Below the pieces are notes generated by a model. That model did no database searches, was not told where the DNA came from, and worked only from the letters and a program-made list of their open reading frames with translations. This document shows, in pieces, positions 9,151 to 18,875 of a stretch of DNA of 64,000 nucleotides. Each line of letters starts with the position of its first letter. Positions within the stretch are counted from its first letter, which is position 1. The stretch comes from Candidatus Microgenomates bacterium (lineage in GTDB: Bacteria > Patescibacteriota > Microgenomatia > UBA8517). The DNA lies in the NCBI GenBank assembly GCA_049519355.1, contig JBEKQV010000001.1, forward strand, positions 193 to 64,192, written 5' to 3'. The translations under genes were made by a program, and so were the position numbers.

Positions 9151-10056
9151 TTAATGCAAAAAATTTGCTAATTTGCGTATGTTAATTTTTAATCGATCAA
9201 TTACTATTCCGTATTTCTTCGGCTCATCGTAATTAACAATTCCAAAACCCCGAGAGTAATTGGAATTTATTACATAACCTATATAACCTCTTGCTATGTC
9301 TTTTAGAGTAATTCCTTTTTTTAAATATTCAATGTGCTGAGATTTTTTGTAAAATAATTTAATTAACGGTTCCCTAATTTCTATAGGAATGGTCTTATCT
9401 TTTTGAAGCCACATGTTATACCACGAAAATTCATAGGGAGAAATTTTTAAAATATCTTTATAGGATTTACGTTTCGGAGTTAGGTATTTTCTATGAAAAG
9501 ATTCTAAAACTTTAGATGAAACGATCACAAATCCGTGATATGTGAGCATTCGCCTATCGTTTAATCCAACTTCTTTTTGTATTTTACGAATCAGTGTCTC
9601 CCTCTCACGCCAATAAAATTTATAATATTCAGGGTCAACTTTTAATTCATTATCTTCGACCAGAATCGTATAGGGAGTGGTCTTGTCATACATAAAATCA
9701 GATTTATAAAATTTCCTTATAAATACGCCGTCGGCATCCATACAAAAGTAGTTCTTACATAATCGCTTTTCCCAAAATGCAAGTTTAATAATTTCCTGAT
9801 TTATATACCCCAGACGTATGCCCCGAATACTATTGTCATGAACTAAGTCTTTTGTAACTGACTCGTCACTTAGTAACTTAATTTCCTTCCCTATGAACCT
9901 CTTAAAATGATTCATATCTGATTCCGGTACTACTATATATAGCGGAATGTTGTCGGCGTTGTACCTTTTATAAGTTCGAATTAGTCTTTTAACATACTCT
10001 ATATCGCCTACGTACGTCTTAAGTAAAATTACTATTGTTTCCATTTTCTCAATCAT
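9151..10056 (-). CDS. Hypothetical soluble protein, possibly a GT-A-like transferase (DxD-like CMDADGVF)
   Basis: 301 aa with no transmembrane segments. It contains only a DAD motif and no family signature I can name. Confidence 0.3.
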   Translation of the reverse strand: MIEKMETIVILLKTYVGDIEYVKRLIRTYKRYNADNIPLYIVVPESDMNHFKRFIGKEIKLLSDESVTKDLVHDNSIRGIRLGYINQEIIKLAFWEKRLCKNYFCMDADGVFIRKFYKSDFMYDKTTPYTILVEDNELKVDPEYYKFYWRERETLIRKIQKEVGLNDRRMLTYHGFVIVSSKVLESFHRKYLTPKRKSYKDILKISPYEFSWYNMWLQKDKTIPIEIREPLIKLFYKKSQHIEYLKKGITLKDIARGYIGYVINSNYSRGFGIVNYDEPKKYGIVIDRLKINIRKLANFLH

Positions 10057-11314
10057 TTTCTATAGACCATTCGTGTTCCATATACACACGACCATAGTCG
10101 GGAAGCGTAGAAACAAGAGAATGTTTCAATGTGGTTTCCAAAACATCAAAATAAAATAAATTTTCGTTGAGATAATAATATTTATCAAAAGGCTTATCTA
10201 TCCCAAGTCCTAGCCTATACCTGCCCGAACTTAGATCAAAACTATTTATCAAACATGTAACATGGTTTTCACCCTTCTTAATAGTAATATCCATTCCTTT
10301 TGTAATTTTCGTATCAGAAGAAAAAGCGTGACCATTGATATCGTCTTGAGAAATCATTAAATTAATTCCCAAACCTTTCAAATTTTCTTTGGAAAGTATT
10401 CGAATATCAATCTTTAATGGTTTCCCTGGATAAATTTTCCCATGTAAATATTCATTTATGGTTATTTGTTTAATAATCAAATTTAATTCCGAGACCTTAA
10501 TCGGGACAAATTTTTTTCTGATATCAGGTGTTTTTGTATACTTATCTATGGCAGAACCAACACTTCCTTCAAATACCTTCTGGCCTTTTTGAAGCAATAT
10601 CGCCTTATTACAAAGATTCTTTATTGCAGTCATGTTGTGACTTACAAATAATATAGTCCTACCCTCGTTTCTGGTTATTTCACCCATCTTACCTAAAGAT
10701 TTTTTTTGAAATTCGGCATCTCCAACCGCAAGCACCTCATCAACAATCAGGATCTCGGAATCAAGGTGCGCAGCCACGGCGAATGCTAAACGCATATACA
10801 TTCCTGATGAATAATGTTTAACAGGTGTATCCAAAAATTTTTCAACACCTGCAAAATTAACTATTTCGTCAAATTTTTTATTTATCTCACGTCTCTTCAT
10901 TCCCAGAATTGCACCATTAAGATAAATATTCTCCCTACCGGTTAGTTCCTGCTGAAAACCGGTCCCAACTTCAAGTAGACTCCCAACCCTACCTCTTAAT
11001 ACGGCTTCACCCCTGGTCGGTGGAGTAATTTGACTCAAAACCTTAAGAAGGGTACTTTTCCCTGAACCGTTTGGTCCAATTATTCCCAAAACATCTCCCT
11101 GGTTTAGCTTAAAAGAAATATCTTTCAGTGCCCAAAATTCACCTTTCCTCAAAACCGAAGGTCTTTTATTCTGGCTAAAAATCTGTAACGGGGTTCTTAC
11201 AATAGCTGCCAGCGTATCCCTTAAAGTGTAATATGGTTGAAATTCACCATATTTATATTTTTTTGATACGTGATTAACTTCAATTATAGATTTCATATTA
11301 AACAAGATCGGCAA
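10049..11314 (-). CDS. wzt: ABC transporter ATP-binding protein for glycan export (Wzt/TagH-type) with a C-terminal extension
   Basis: 421 aa. Walker A GIIGPNGSGKST, signature YSSGMYMRLAFA, Walker B ILIVDEVLAVGD. About 165 aa follow the nucleotide-binding domain, like the Wzt C-terminal carbohydrate-binding domain. Confidence 0.8.
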   Translation of the reverse strand: MPILFNMKSIIEVNHVSKKYKYGEFQPYYTLRDTLAAIVRTPLQIFSQNKRPSVLRKGEFWALKDISFKLNQGDVLGIIGPNGSGKSTLLKVLSQITPPTRGEAVLRGRVGSLLEVGTGFQQELTGRENIYLNGAILGMKRREINKKFDEIVNFAGVEKFLDTPVKHYSSGMYMRLAFAVAAHLDSEILIVDEVLAVGDAEFQKKSLGKMGEITRNEGRTILFVSHNMTAIKNLCNKAILLQKGQKVFEGSVGSAIDKYTKTPDIRKKFVPIKVSELNLIIKQITINEYLHGKIYPGKPLKIDIRILSKENLKGLGINLMISQDDINGHAFSSDTKITKGMDITIKKGENHVTCLINSFDLSSGRYRLGLGIDKPFDKYYYLNENLFYFDVLETTLKHSLVSTLPDYGRVYMEHEWSIEND

Positions 11315-12122
11315 AGAATCCTTCAGTAGACTTAAAATAATATATTCCGGTTATAAAAAGCAAAACAGATACAACCCCTGCAATTAAGAGTGTCTGCCAG
11401 TTCAGAATATTTCCGCCTGAAAATACAGTTCTGGCGGCTTCTATTACTCCAGTCATCGGGTTTAAAGCAATTATTTCTCTGAATGAAGGCCTCATTATAC
11501 TGGTTGGATATATTACCGGCGTTAAAAAAATCATAATTTGAATAAAAAATGGCAACGCATAACGGACATCCCTGTATTTGACATTAAAGGAAGCAAGAAA
11601 AAGACCCAAACCTTCCGCACCTAATGTGCTAATAATTAAACATAGAGGAACAATAAATAAAGTTAGTAAGCTAGGAACAAAATGGAAGTAAAAAGAAACG
11701 ATGAGTAAAAGAATCAGGGATATCCCAAAATCGACCAGGTTTGCCCCTACTGTAGAAAGAGGGAGAATTTCCCTAGGAAAATATACCTTTTTAACAACTC
11801 CTTCATTTTCGATTAAAGAATTACTCGCGCGGGATAATATTCCAGAAAAATAGTTCCAAAAAACCAAACCCGTCAAGACAAATAGTGGGTAGGGTAAATC
11901 GCCAGACGGAATTTTAGCAAAGTTTCCAAAAAAAATCGTAAAAATGAAGGTTGAGGTCAAAGGTTGGAAGACTGCCCAAGATGCCCCAAAGAGAGTCTGT
12001 TTATAACGAACTTTGATATCCCTCCAAGCAAATATCCAAAAAAGTTCACGGTATCTCCAAAGTTCTTCAATATCCAAAAGCATCCATTTCGATTTGGGTT
12101 TTATTACAGTTGTGTAACTCAT
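11298..12122 (-). CDS. wzm: ABC-2 type polysaccharide export permease (Wzm/TagG-like)
   Basis: 274 aa with six predicted transmembrane segments. It overlaps wzt by 17 nt. Confidence 0.7.
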   Translation of the reverse strand: MSYTTVIKPKSKWMLLDIEELWRYRELFWIFAWRDIKVRYKQTLFGASWAVFQPLTSTFIFTIFFGNFAKIPSGDLPYPLFVLTGLVFWNYFSGILSRASNSLIENEGVVKKVYFPREILPLSTVGANLVDFGISLILLLIVSFYFHFVPSLLTLFIVPLCLIISTLGAEGLGLFLASFNVKYRDVRYALPFFIQIMIFLTPVIYPTSIMRPSFREIIALNPMTGVIEAARTVFSGGNILNWQTLLIAGVVSVLLFITGIYYFKSTEGFFADLV

Positions 12123-12128
12123 GATTTA

Positions 12129-12908
12129 TTAACGATAATTTTTGTTAAACCTCAATATTAACCAGTCGCCTATTTTAGCAAAAAAAAATTCAAAACAGTT
12201 AAGGTACCGTCTTTTCACTTTTTCTAATGTTGTAAATGCAATCTTCTTATTATTAACGCTCGAGGTCAAAGAATCATTGCGTAACATATAATTACTAATA
12301 ATTCTATTAAAAAATTCCCAATTAGTTTTAGAGCCAATCCTCAGCCATAAATCCGTATCCATGTTTACCTTAAGAGAAGTATCAAAGCTCCCGTACTTTT
12401 CAAAGACTTCTTTTTTCATAAATACTGCCTGATGAGGAATAAAATTCACAAATTTGAGAATAAAATTACTGGAAATTTGGAATATTTTTTTCGTAGGAAA
12501 AGTCCCAATATCTTTTCCATCTTCCTCAATAACACGTATTTTTCCGTAAATCCAATCAAAGTTATTATGTTTAATCAAAAAGCGATAGGTGTTTTGTAGA
12601 ACTTTTTCGTCGTAGAAAAAATCATCACTATTTAAAAAGATAATATATTCACCCCGTGTTCTCTCAATTCCCTTATTAAAAGCAGCGGAAACCCCCTTCT
12701 TTAAAAAAGTAATTATCCTTACCCGATTATTAAATTTCTTTTTATAAGTATTTAGAATACTTTTTGTATTATCCGTAGAGCCACTATCAACAAAAATGTG
12801 CTCATAATTTTTAAATGTTTGCCTTTTTACGGAATTCAAATTATTCTCCAAAAACCTATCACTATTTAAGGTACATGTGATAATTGTAAAAAATGGTTCT
12901 GTTTTCAT
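12129..12908 (-). CDS. Family 2 glycosyltransferase (GT-A fold)
   Basis: 259 aa. FTIITCTLNSDRFLENNLNSVKRQTF...HIFVDSGSTDNT and FLNSDDFF (DxD). Confidence 0.7.
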   Translation of the reverse strand: MKTEPFFTIITCTLNSDRFLENNLNSVKRQTFKNYEHIFVDSGSTDNTKSILNTYKKKFNNRVRIITFLKKGVSAAFNKGIERTRGEYIIFLNSDDFFYDEKVLQNTYRFLIKHNNFDWIYGKIRVIEEDGKDIGTFPTKKIFQISSNFILKFVNFIPHQAVFMKKEVFEKYGSFDTSLKVNMDTDLWLRIGSKTNWEFFNRIISNYMLRNDSLTSSVNNKKIAFTTLEKVKRRYLNCFEFFFAKIGDWLILRFNKNYR

Positions 12909-12915
12909 TATGATT

Positions 12916-13746
12916 TTATTTTTTGGCTAAGTCCGCAGTATTTACTAACCTTTTAATACCCTTTTCCAAACTTATAAATTTATTGACATCCACACCCAAC
13001 CTTTGTAACCCTGATACATCAGCAATGCTCTTGAGCGGCTCGTCTCTTCGTTTAACATAGTCTATAGGTATTTGTTTGTTCATAATCTTAATAACCAAAT
13101 TAGCTAAATTTATAATTTTAGTAGGTTTTCCAATACCCAAACTAATTACGCTTCCGGATTTGATATTGAGATTAATCAGCTTTCTGGTAACATCCACGAC
13201 ATCGTCAATATAAATAAAGTCTCTACTTTGATTTCCCTTACCAAAAATTTTAATATTTTGTCCCACTTTTACTGCGTTTATAAAATTATGAATAACATAT
13301 CCGTAATCGGCCTTTTGTCCCAAGCCGTAAATATTTTCGGGGCGGACAATTACTGTCTTTATGTCTTTTGAATAAAGCTTGACAAAATTCTCACCTGATA
13401 TTTTGGACAAAGCATATGGTGTAAGTGGTTTTGCCTTAACCGCCGCAGATGAGAAAAATATTATTTTCTTGACGCCGGCTTTTACTGAATTTTGAATAAC
13501 AGACAAGGTTCCAAGCGCATTGTTAACAAAATATTCTTTGGGTTTCCTCCACGACTCTTCAGCAGAAATAAAAGCAGCCAGATGAATAACCATATCTACA
13601 CCTTTAAGTTTTTTTAGAAGTAATTTTTCATCCAAAATGTTCTGCCCATTCTTTAAATCATATCTAACAATCCTGTATTTTGGTGACAGCTTTTTGACCA
13701 AATGGCTGCCGACAAATCCGGAAGAACCAGTTATTAGTACATTCAT
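12916..13746 (-). CDS. NAD-dependent sugar epimerase/dehydratase (SDR family)
   Basis: 276 aa. N-terminus MNVLITGSSGFVGSHLVKKL, a Rossmann fold. Confidence 0.65.
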   Translation of the reverse strand: MNVLITGSSGFVGSHLVKKLSPKYRIVRYDLKNGQNILDEKLLLKKLKGVDMVIHLAAFISAEESWRKPKEYFVNNALGTLSVIQNSVKAGVKKIIFFSSAAVKAKPLTPYALSKISGENFVKLYSKDIKTVIVRPENIYGLGQKADYGYVIHNFINAVKVGQNIKIFGKGNQSRDFIYIDDVVDVTRKLINLNIKSGSVISLGIGKPTKIINLANLVIKIMNKQIPIDYVKRRDEPLKSIADVSGLQRLGVDVNKFISLEKGIKRLVNTADLAKK

Positions 13747-13786
13747 ATTCCCTGAGATTTTACCACAAATACTTCCAGCACTAGGA

Positions 13787-15304
13787 TTAGGGAGAAATCG
13801 TTCTATTTATCAGATAAACAGTCTCCTGGTCGCCATTATATATATTCTGTATAACCAAGTTCGGTTTATATTTTAAATTATCTCCTTCAAATGGTGTTCC
13901 TTGAAGAATTATATTTCCTTTGCTTGGAAGATTTATTACATTGCCCCAATCATAAAATTTTCCATTCCAAATTTCATAAAAATAACTATTCTGATACATT
14001 TGGGTGAGTTGTTTATCATACCTGTGAAACGCCAGTTCGTTCCCAAAATTAAGTGCGTACTCAATCGACGAAGAACGGTAATAAGTCACTTTTATGGCAT
14101 CCGGATAATTTTTAGCTACAAACTCATTCAACTTAATTGATTCTGCGTAATACGAAGAAACTCCATCAGTTGACTTTAATTCTTGCACGAAGTTACTTCC
14201 TGCAAAGACGATTACTAGAATACTTGCAACCGTCCGTATTTTATTATTTTTTATTAAAGACAATATTAACACTGATGAAAATCCAAGCATGGCCAAACCT
14301 GGAACTAAATAATGGTTTTCAAAGTGCTTCGCAACAATAATAATATCCGCCAGAAAGAATAATAGAAGTGCCACTAAAAATCTATTCTCAGTAAATTTAT
14401 GTTTACGTATCACAGTCCAAATAAAAACAATTGCTAATACCAGCGTTATCACAATCAGAAATTGTTCCGTAATTAAGATCGTACGAAGGCTTTGCAAAAA
14501 TAGAGGAAAATTTACAATATTCACATCTCCCGTTCCGTAAAATCCTGAGTGAATAAACAAGCTATATGTCCAGTCCAAAAACCAAGAGTATCTGTTGTAT
14601 ATCGGCAGAGTAAAGAAAATCAATGCGGCAAGTGTAGCAAAAAAATAAGCAATTTTTTCTTTCCATCTTAAAATTACCAAGGGAACAAGAACTAAAGGAG
14701 CTGAATTTATTTTTGTAGCGATGAGAAAGCCGGAAATCATTGCAATAAGAAAAATTGAAAATTTAGAATATTTTTCTCCCCTGTAAAAAATATATAGCAT
14801 AATAAATGAAAACCACGCCGTTGCCACAAGCATTAGAGGTTCAGGCGCAACATGATATAGTGTATCCATCAAGGTAAAAGATAAGAATGGAGTTGCCTGC
14901 ATAATCAGTGCGAAAAAAATATCCTCTGTCAGAAATAAAGTTAAAACACCAATCAAAAACAATGAACCTACTAGTGAAAAGATAATCAGTTGGTTTATGG
15001 CGTTTAAATAAATCTCGGGGTTATGCAAAACATCATTAATAATTGTGTCTTTCGATCTCAATTTATGAAACACCTTAATTACTCCTGCTCCCAGAACTTC
15101 TAAAGTTGTCCCCGGATGGTCAACGTATTGTACCTGCCTGAATTGGGATAAATTTAAAGAGTTTAATAGATAAACATATTCAGGGTCTGAATTTGAACCA
15201 AGCCAATAAGGTCCTTCATATCTTTTTAACGAAGCCGAAACAATTAAAATCAAAGCAGGTATGACTGTTAATAAACATATTTTAAAGAATTTTAGACGAA
15301 TCAT
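13787..15304 (-). CDS. Polytopic integral membrane protein of unknown function
   Basis: 505 aa with about 11 hydrophobic segments after an N-terminal anchor. Confidence 0.5.
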   Translation of the reverse strand: MIRLKFFKICLLTVIPALILIVSASLKRYEGPYWLGSNSDPEYVYLLNSLNLSQFRQVQYVDHPGTTLEVLGAGVIKVFHKLRSKDTIINDVLHNPEIYLNAINQLIIFSLVGSLFLIGVLTLFLTEDIFFALIMQATPFLSFTLMDTLYHVAPEPLMLVATAWFSFIMLYIFYRGEKYSKFSIFLIAMISGFLIATKINSAPLVLVPLVILRWKEKIAYFFATLAALIFFTLPIYNRYSWFLDWTYSLFIHSGFYGTGDVNIVNFPLFLQSLRTILITEQFLIVITLVLAIVFIWTVIRKHKFTENRFLVALLLFFLADIIIVAKHFENHYLVPGLAMLGFSSVLILSLIKNNKIRTVASILVIVFAGSNFVQELKSTDGVSSYYAESIKLNEFVAKNYPDAIKVTYYRSSSIEYALNFGNELAFHRYDKQLTQMYQNSYFYEIWNGKFYDWGNVINLPSKGNIILQGTPFEGDNLKYKPNLVIQNIYNGDQETVYLINRTISP

Positions 15305-15315
15305 ATTGTTTCAGG

Positions 15316-15336
15316 TATAATTGCCTCGGAAAAGAG
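15316..15336 (+). promoter_or_regulatory. Candidate -10 box (tataat) plus a ggaaaagag ribosome-binding site upstream of the only plus-strand gene in the left half
   Basis: tataat sits about 22 nt upstream of the ATG at 15344, and a purine-rich stretch sits 8 nt upstream. This is a 39-bp divergent intergenic region. Confidence 0.3.
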
Positions 15337-15343
15337 CAATCTC

Positions 15344-16423
15344 ATGAATATATTTCAGAAATATTACCACAAAGACTTACAAAAAGTTTATCGAAAGTTT
15401 AACGGAATAATTTTGGATAATGTTATCGATGACATTCCTGACTTACAAAATTACTTCGAAGACTTACATAAAAAAGTCAACCATAATACGAGGATATTAA
15501 TTACATATCACAATCCACTTTGGGAACCAGTTTTAACACTCGCTTCAAAAATGGATTTAAGAAAAAGGGTTGGTATCCAAAACTGGCTTGACGAGGACGA
15601 TTTAAGAAATATTTTGAATCTTTCAGGGTTTGAAATAATAAACACACAAAAAAGATTTTTTGGAATTACCACAATTACTATAGCGAAATCCAGACCGAAC
15701 GATTCAAAAGTAAAAAAAGATTATCGCGTTTCTATTATTATCGCAGCGAGAAACGAGGAGGGGAATATTCTGAAAATTATTCCTTCCATTCCTAAATTTG
15801 GTATGTCACAGGAAATAATTTTTATTGAAGGCCACTCTAAAGATAAAACATGGGAGAAAATCTCTCGTCTCCGCAAAAATTACGGCAAATTAATCAAGAT
15901 AAAGTCCTTCAAACAGAAGGGCCGCGGAAAAGCTGACGCAGTCAAATTAGGCCTATCAAAAGCAACTGGAGATATTTTGATGATATATGACGCCGATAGA
16001 ACTGTTGATGCAAAAGATCTAAAAAAATTTTATAGAGTTTTAGCATCAGGCCTTGGAGAGTTTGCAAACGGTAGCCGTTTGGTTTACCCGATGGAAAAGG
16101 ATGCAATGCAAACATTGAATAAGATCGGAAATCAAATATTCAGTAAACTTTTTACCTGGATCCTAGGTCAGAGATTTAAGGATACACTTTGCGGAACAAA
16201 AGCCTTCTGGAAAAAGGACTACGTCAAATTCAAACATACAAAAACCGATCCTTTTGGAGATTTTGATCTAATCTTCGGAGCAATTAGAAATAATCTGAAA
16301 GTGACTGAAATTCCGGTTAGATATAAAGAGAGAGTGTACGGTTCCACAAACATAAATAGGTTCCGACATGGACTTCTTCTTGCAAAAATGGCATTTTTTG
16401 GCTTCCTGGAGTTCAAAATTTAA
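15344..16423 (+). CDS. Family 2 glycosyltransferase with an N-terminal methyltransferase-remnant domain
   Basis: 359 aa. The C-terminal ~240 aa form a GT2 fold (VSIIIAARNEEGNIL...MIYDADRT). The N-terminal ~115 aa (DDIPDLQNYFEDL...TYHNPLWEPVLTLASKMDLRKRVG) align to the C-terminal half of the neighbouring methyltransferase (DVIEHLENPVETF...NPIWEPVLMVAEKLRLKMPEG). They lack the GxGxG SAM motif. Confidence 0.65.
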   Translation: MNIFQKYYHKDLQKVYRKFNGIILDNVIDDIPDLQNYFEDLHKKVNHNTRILITYHNPLWEPVLTLASKMDLRKRVGIQNWLDEDDLRNILNLSGFEIINTQKRFFGITTITIAKSRPNDSKVKKDYRVSIIIAARNEEGNILKIIPSIPKFGMSQEIIFIEGHSKDKTWEKISRLRKNYGKLIKIKSFKQKGRGKADAVKLGLSKATGDILMIYDADRTVDAKDLKKFYRVLASGLGEFANGSRLVYPMEKDAMQTLNKIGNQIFSKLFTWILGQRFKDTLCGTKAFWKKDYVKFKHTKTDPFGDFDLIFGAIRNNLKVTEIPVRYKERVYGSTNINRFRHGLLLAKMAFFGFLEFKI

Positions 16424-17075
16424 ATGCAACAAAGTATTCGATAAAGGCTAACTTTTGTAGACCTTTTTCCAAGTACTTATTTGCAAAATCGGTAATAATC
16501 GGAATCTTAATCGGAATCAACAACCTGTAACCGTGTCTTGTTATTTTCATTCCTGACTCTTGAATCATAAATCCTAAATCCATATATTTAATTCTTTTGT
16601 GTTTTCCCTCTGGCATTTTTAATCTAAGTTTTTCTGCAACCATTAAAACAGGTTCCCAAATTGGGTTTGCCATAGTATTTATGAAAATGGTTTTGGGACC
16701 CATCAATTTTGAAATTTTTTGGAAGGTTTCTACTGGATTTTCCAGATGTTCAATGACATCACTCATGAATATGTAATCAAATTTATCCTTTGGCCATTTT
16801 ATTGAAAAATGAATTTGTTTTTTCTGTGAATATTTCATATTTGCAATCCTAATCATTTCGCTGCTTATATCCATCCCATATCCATATTTAGGTTTAACAG
16901 AGTTAAGAAGATCACCTGTGCCGCAACCAATTTCAAAAACTCTTTTGTTTTTTAGAATCAGCGTTTTGAGAAGCTTTTTCAGATTTCCGTAATAATAAGA
17001 ATATTTAACTTTTCCCGAATCATAACTTCCGGCAACAATATCAAAATGTTTTTCTACATCTGATCTAGATTTCAT
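16413..17075 (-). CDS. Class I SAM-dependent methyltransferase
   Basis: 220 aa. VFEIGCGTGDLL (motif I) and DYIFMSDVIEHLENP. It overlaps the 3' end of 15344..16423 convergently by 11 nt. Confidence 0.7.
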   Translation of the reverse strand: MKSRSDVEKHFDIVAGSYDSGKVKYSYYYGNLKKLLKTLILKNKRVFEIGCGTGDLLNSVKPKYGYGMDISSEMIRIANMKYSQKKQIHFSIKWPKDKFDYIFMSDVIEHLENPVETFQKISKLMGPKTIFINTMANPIWEPVLMVAEKLRLKMPEGKHKRIKYMDLGFMIQESGMKITRHGYRLLIPIKIPIITDFANKYLEKGLQKLAFIEYFVAFKF

Positions 17076-17848
17076 ACGTATCCTCCAATAACTGTCCGTG
17101 CAAAGTTATGTAGTTTATGTAGCCATAATAAAGTTCGACTAGGCGTGTACCTGTTTACTATTTTTTGATCTTCCGCTAAAAGGGCTTTATATGATTTTTT
17201 TGTAATAGTTGAGGATTCTATCCTAAAACTTGAAAGGTAATCCCCCGAAACTGCGGGCATTTTATGATTCGCAATTTTCAACCAAAGATCATATTCAGTT
17301 ACAAAATCGAGTGTTCCTCTAAATGGCCCGAATTTTTTCCAAGCTTTCTTTGTAATAAATACTGACGGCTGCATAAGATAATTAACCATCATAAGGAAAT
17401 GTTTTGAGTTTATTAAAAGAAGAAGGTTTTTATATTGAGTTACCAGTTTAGCAATCTCTTTACCTGAAGAGTTTATTACCTTTCCCTTGCCGGCAAACCA
17501 TAATGAGTCGGAGTCTGTAAGATAAAGCCTTGAAATTTCATTGAAAGCGCCAGGAAGAAATATATCGTCGGCGTTAATATAGGTAAGAATTTCTCCATTT
17601 GCCTTTCTCATTCCTTTATTTATCGCATCGAGTTGACCCTTGTCCTTCTTTGATTCAAATTTGATCACCTTCGGATATTTCTTTGCATACTTTTTAATTA
17701 TTTGCAGTGTTCCGTCAGTCGAACCTCCATCCTGAATAAACACTTCAAAATCTGAATATTTTTGATTAACTACCGACCCGAGAGTCTTTTCGATATATCG
17801 GGCCTTATTAAATGAAGGAATTACAACGGAAATCTTTGGGGGTCTCAT
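17072..17848 (-). CDS. Family 2 glycosyltransferase
   Basis: 258 aa. ISVVIPSFNKARYIEKTLGSVVNQKY...IQDGGSTDGT and YINADDIF. Confidence 0.7.
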   Translation of the reverse strand: MRPPKISVVIPSFNKARYIEKTLGSVVNQKYSDFEVFIQDGGSTDGTLQIIKKYAKKYPKVIKFESKKDKGQLDAINKGMRKANGEILTYINADDIFLPGAFNEISRLYLTDSDSLWFAGKGKVINSSGKEIAKLVTQYKNLLLLINSKHFLMMVNYLMQPSVFITKKAWKKFGPFRGTLDFVTEYDLWLKIANHKMPAVSGDYLSSFRIESSTITKKSYKALLAEDQKIVNRYTPSRTLLWLHKLHNFARTVIGGYV

Positions 17849-18187
17849 TCATTTGTTTTTCTTTTTGCCTTTTAAAGCTTCACGACGGACCATATCTTCC
17901 AGCTTCTTCTCAAGCTTTTTGGTTCTCACGTAGGTGACCGAGACCATCGAGATTACCAAAATAAATCCTGCGATTGTCATCAGATCAAAAACTCTGGTAA
18001 CCAAAAAGGTCTTTGCAAACGGTTGAAGCAGTTCCGGAAAAACGATAACAACAATAGCCAGAGTCCACATAATAATCCAAGAAACAATTTCGGAGCCGCT
18101 TAGCTCTCTCCTTTTAAAATGAAGCACTGAAAAATAAATCATGCAAAAAGCAAATAGAAGCGCAATTACTTGAATTCCAATTATCAT
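17849..18187 (-). CDS. Small three-segment membrane protein, DUF2304-like. This kind of protein is the typical partner of polyprenyl-phosphate glycosyltransferases.
   Basis: 112 aa with three hydrophobic segments and a charged C-terminal tail (KKLEKKLEDMVRREALK). It lies immediately downstream of the GtrB-like GT2. Confidence 0.45.
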   Translation of the reverse strand: MIIGIQVIALLFAFCMIYFSVLHFKRRELSGSEIVSWIIMWTLAIVVIVFPELLQPFAKTFLVTRVFDLMTIAGFILVISMVSVTYVRTKKLEKKLEDMVRREALKGKKKNK

Positions 18188-18206
18188 ATTATAGCGTTAG
18201 CTGCGA

Positions 18207-18875
18207 TCACAATGTGAATTTCCAACCAACTACGTCAGCTAAAATGCCAAACGCATCCAATATTGTAACACCTTTGACTTTATCATGATAAACGGTCCCT
18301 ATCGGAACTTCGCAAAAAGGTAATTGACTCCTACCAACCCTAGCAACGATTTCTGTTTCAACGCCGTAACCTGGCGAGTTCCACCTAAGTTTTTCGTAAG
18401 CTTCCTTTGTTAAACCTTTAAAACCGCAAAGCACATCAGAAACATAAACTTTAAAAGTCATACTCATCAAAACCGAAGCAAATTTATTCCCCAAAAATCT
18501 TACTAAAGGAACTCCGTAAGTATAATTTCTCGACCCAAAAACCACATCATATTTCCCCGATTTTACCATCTTAATAAACTTAGGCAAATCCGCCGCTTGA
18601 TGCTGTCCATCCGAATCCATAAAGATTGCTGCATTGGCCCCGTGATCAAAAACGTAATCGGCTCCTGTTTTCATTGCCGCCCCTTTACCCAAATTTACTT
18701 TATGTTTAAGAAAAACCAGATTTTTTAATCTTGTGTTTTGAACCGCACTTGCTGAACTGTCCGAGCTTCCGTCATCAATAACAACAATGGGTAGTTTGTA
18801 CCTGGAGACTTCCTTCAAAACTTTTGCAATATGTTTCTCTTCGTTAAAAAGAGGAATAACAACAAAAATTTTCAT
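18207..18875 (-). CDS. Polyprenyl-phosphate sugar synthase (GT2; GtrB/DPM1/ArnC-like)
   Basis: MKIFVVIPLFNEEKHIAKVLKEV...VVIDDGSSDSS...FMDSDGQH. It is short (about 222 aa) like the GtrB/DPM1 catalytic domain. The ATG at 18875 overlaps the fcl stop as ATGA; the TTG at 18896 is less likely. Confidence 0.65.
   Translation of the reverse strand: MKIFVVIPLFNEEKHIAKVLKEVSRYKLPIVVIDDGSSDSSASAVQNTRLKNLVFLKHKVNLGKGAAMKTGADYVFDHGANAAIFMDSDGQHQAADLPKFIKMVKSGKYDVVFGSRNYTYGVPLVRFLGNKFASVLMSMTFKVYVSDVLCGFKGLTKEAYEKLRWNSPGYGVETEIVARVGRSQLPFCEVPIGTVYHDKVKGVTILDAFGILADVVGWKFTL

Noticed and set aside
9155-9170. Small palindrome gcaaaaaatttgc in the 51-bp gap between 9151..10056 and the FkbM gene; possible terminator
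   Set aside because: The stem is only 5 bp of A/T-rich sequence. On the transcribed minus strand it is followed by an A-rich rather than U-rich tract. It is unconvincing as a rho-independent terminator.
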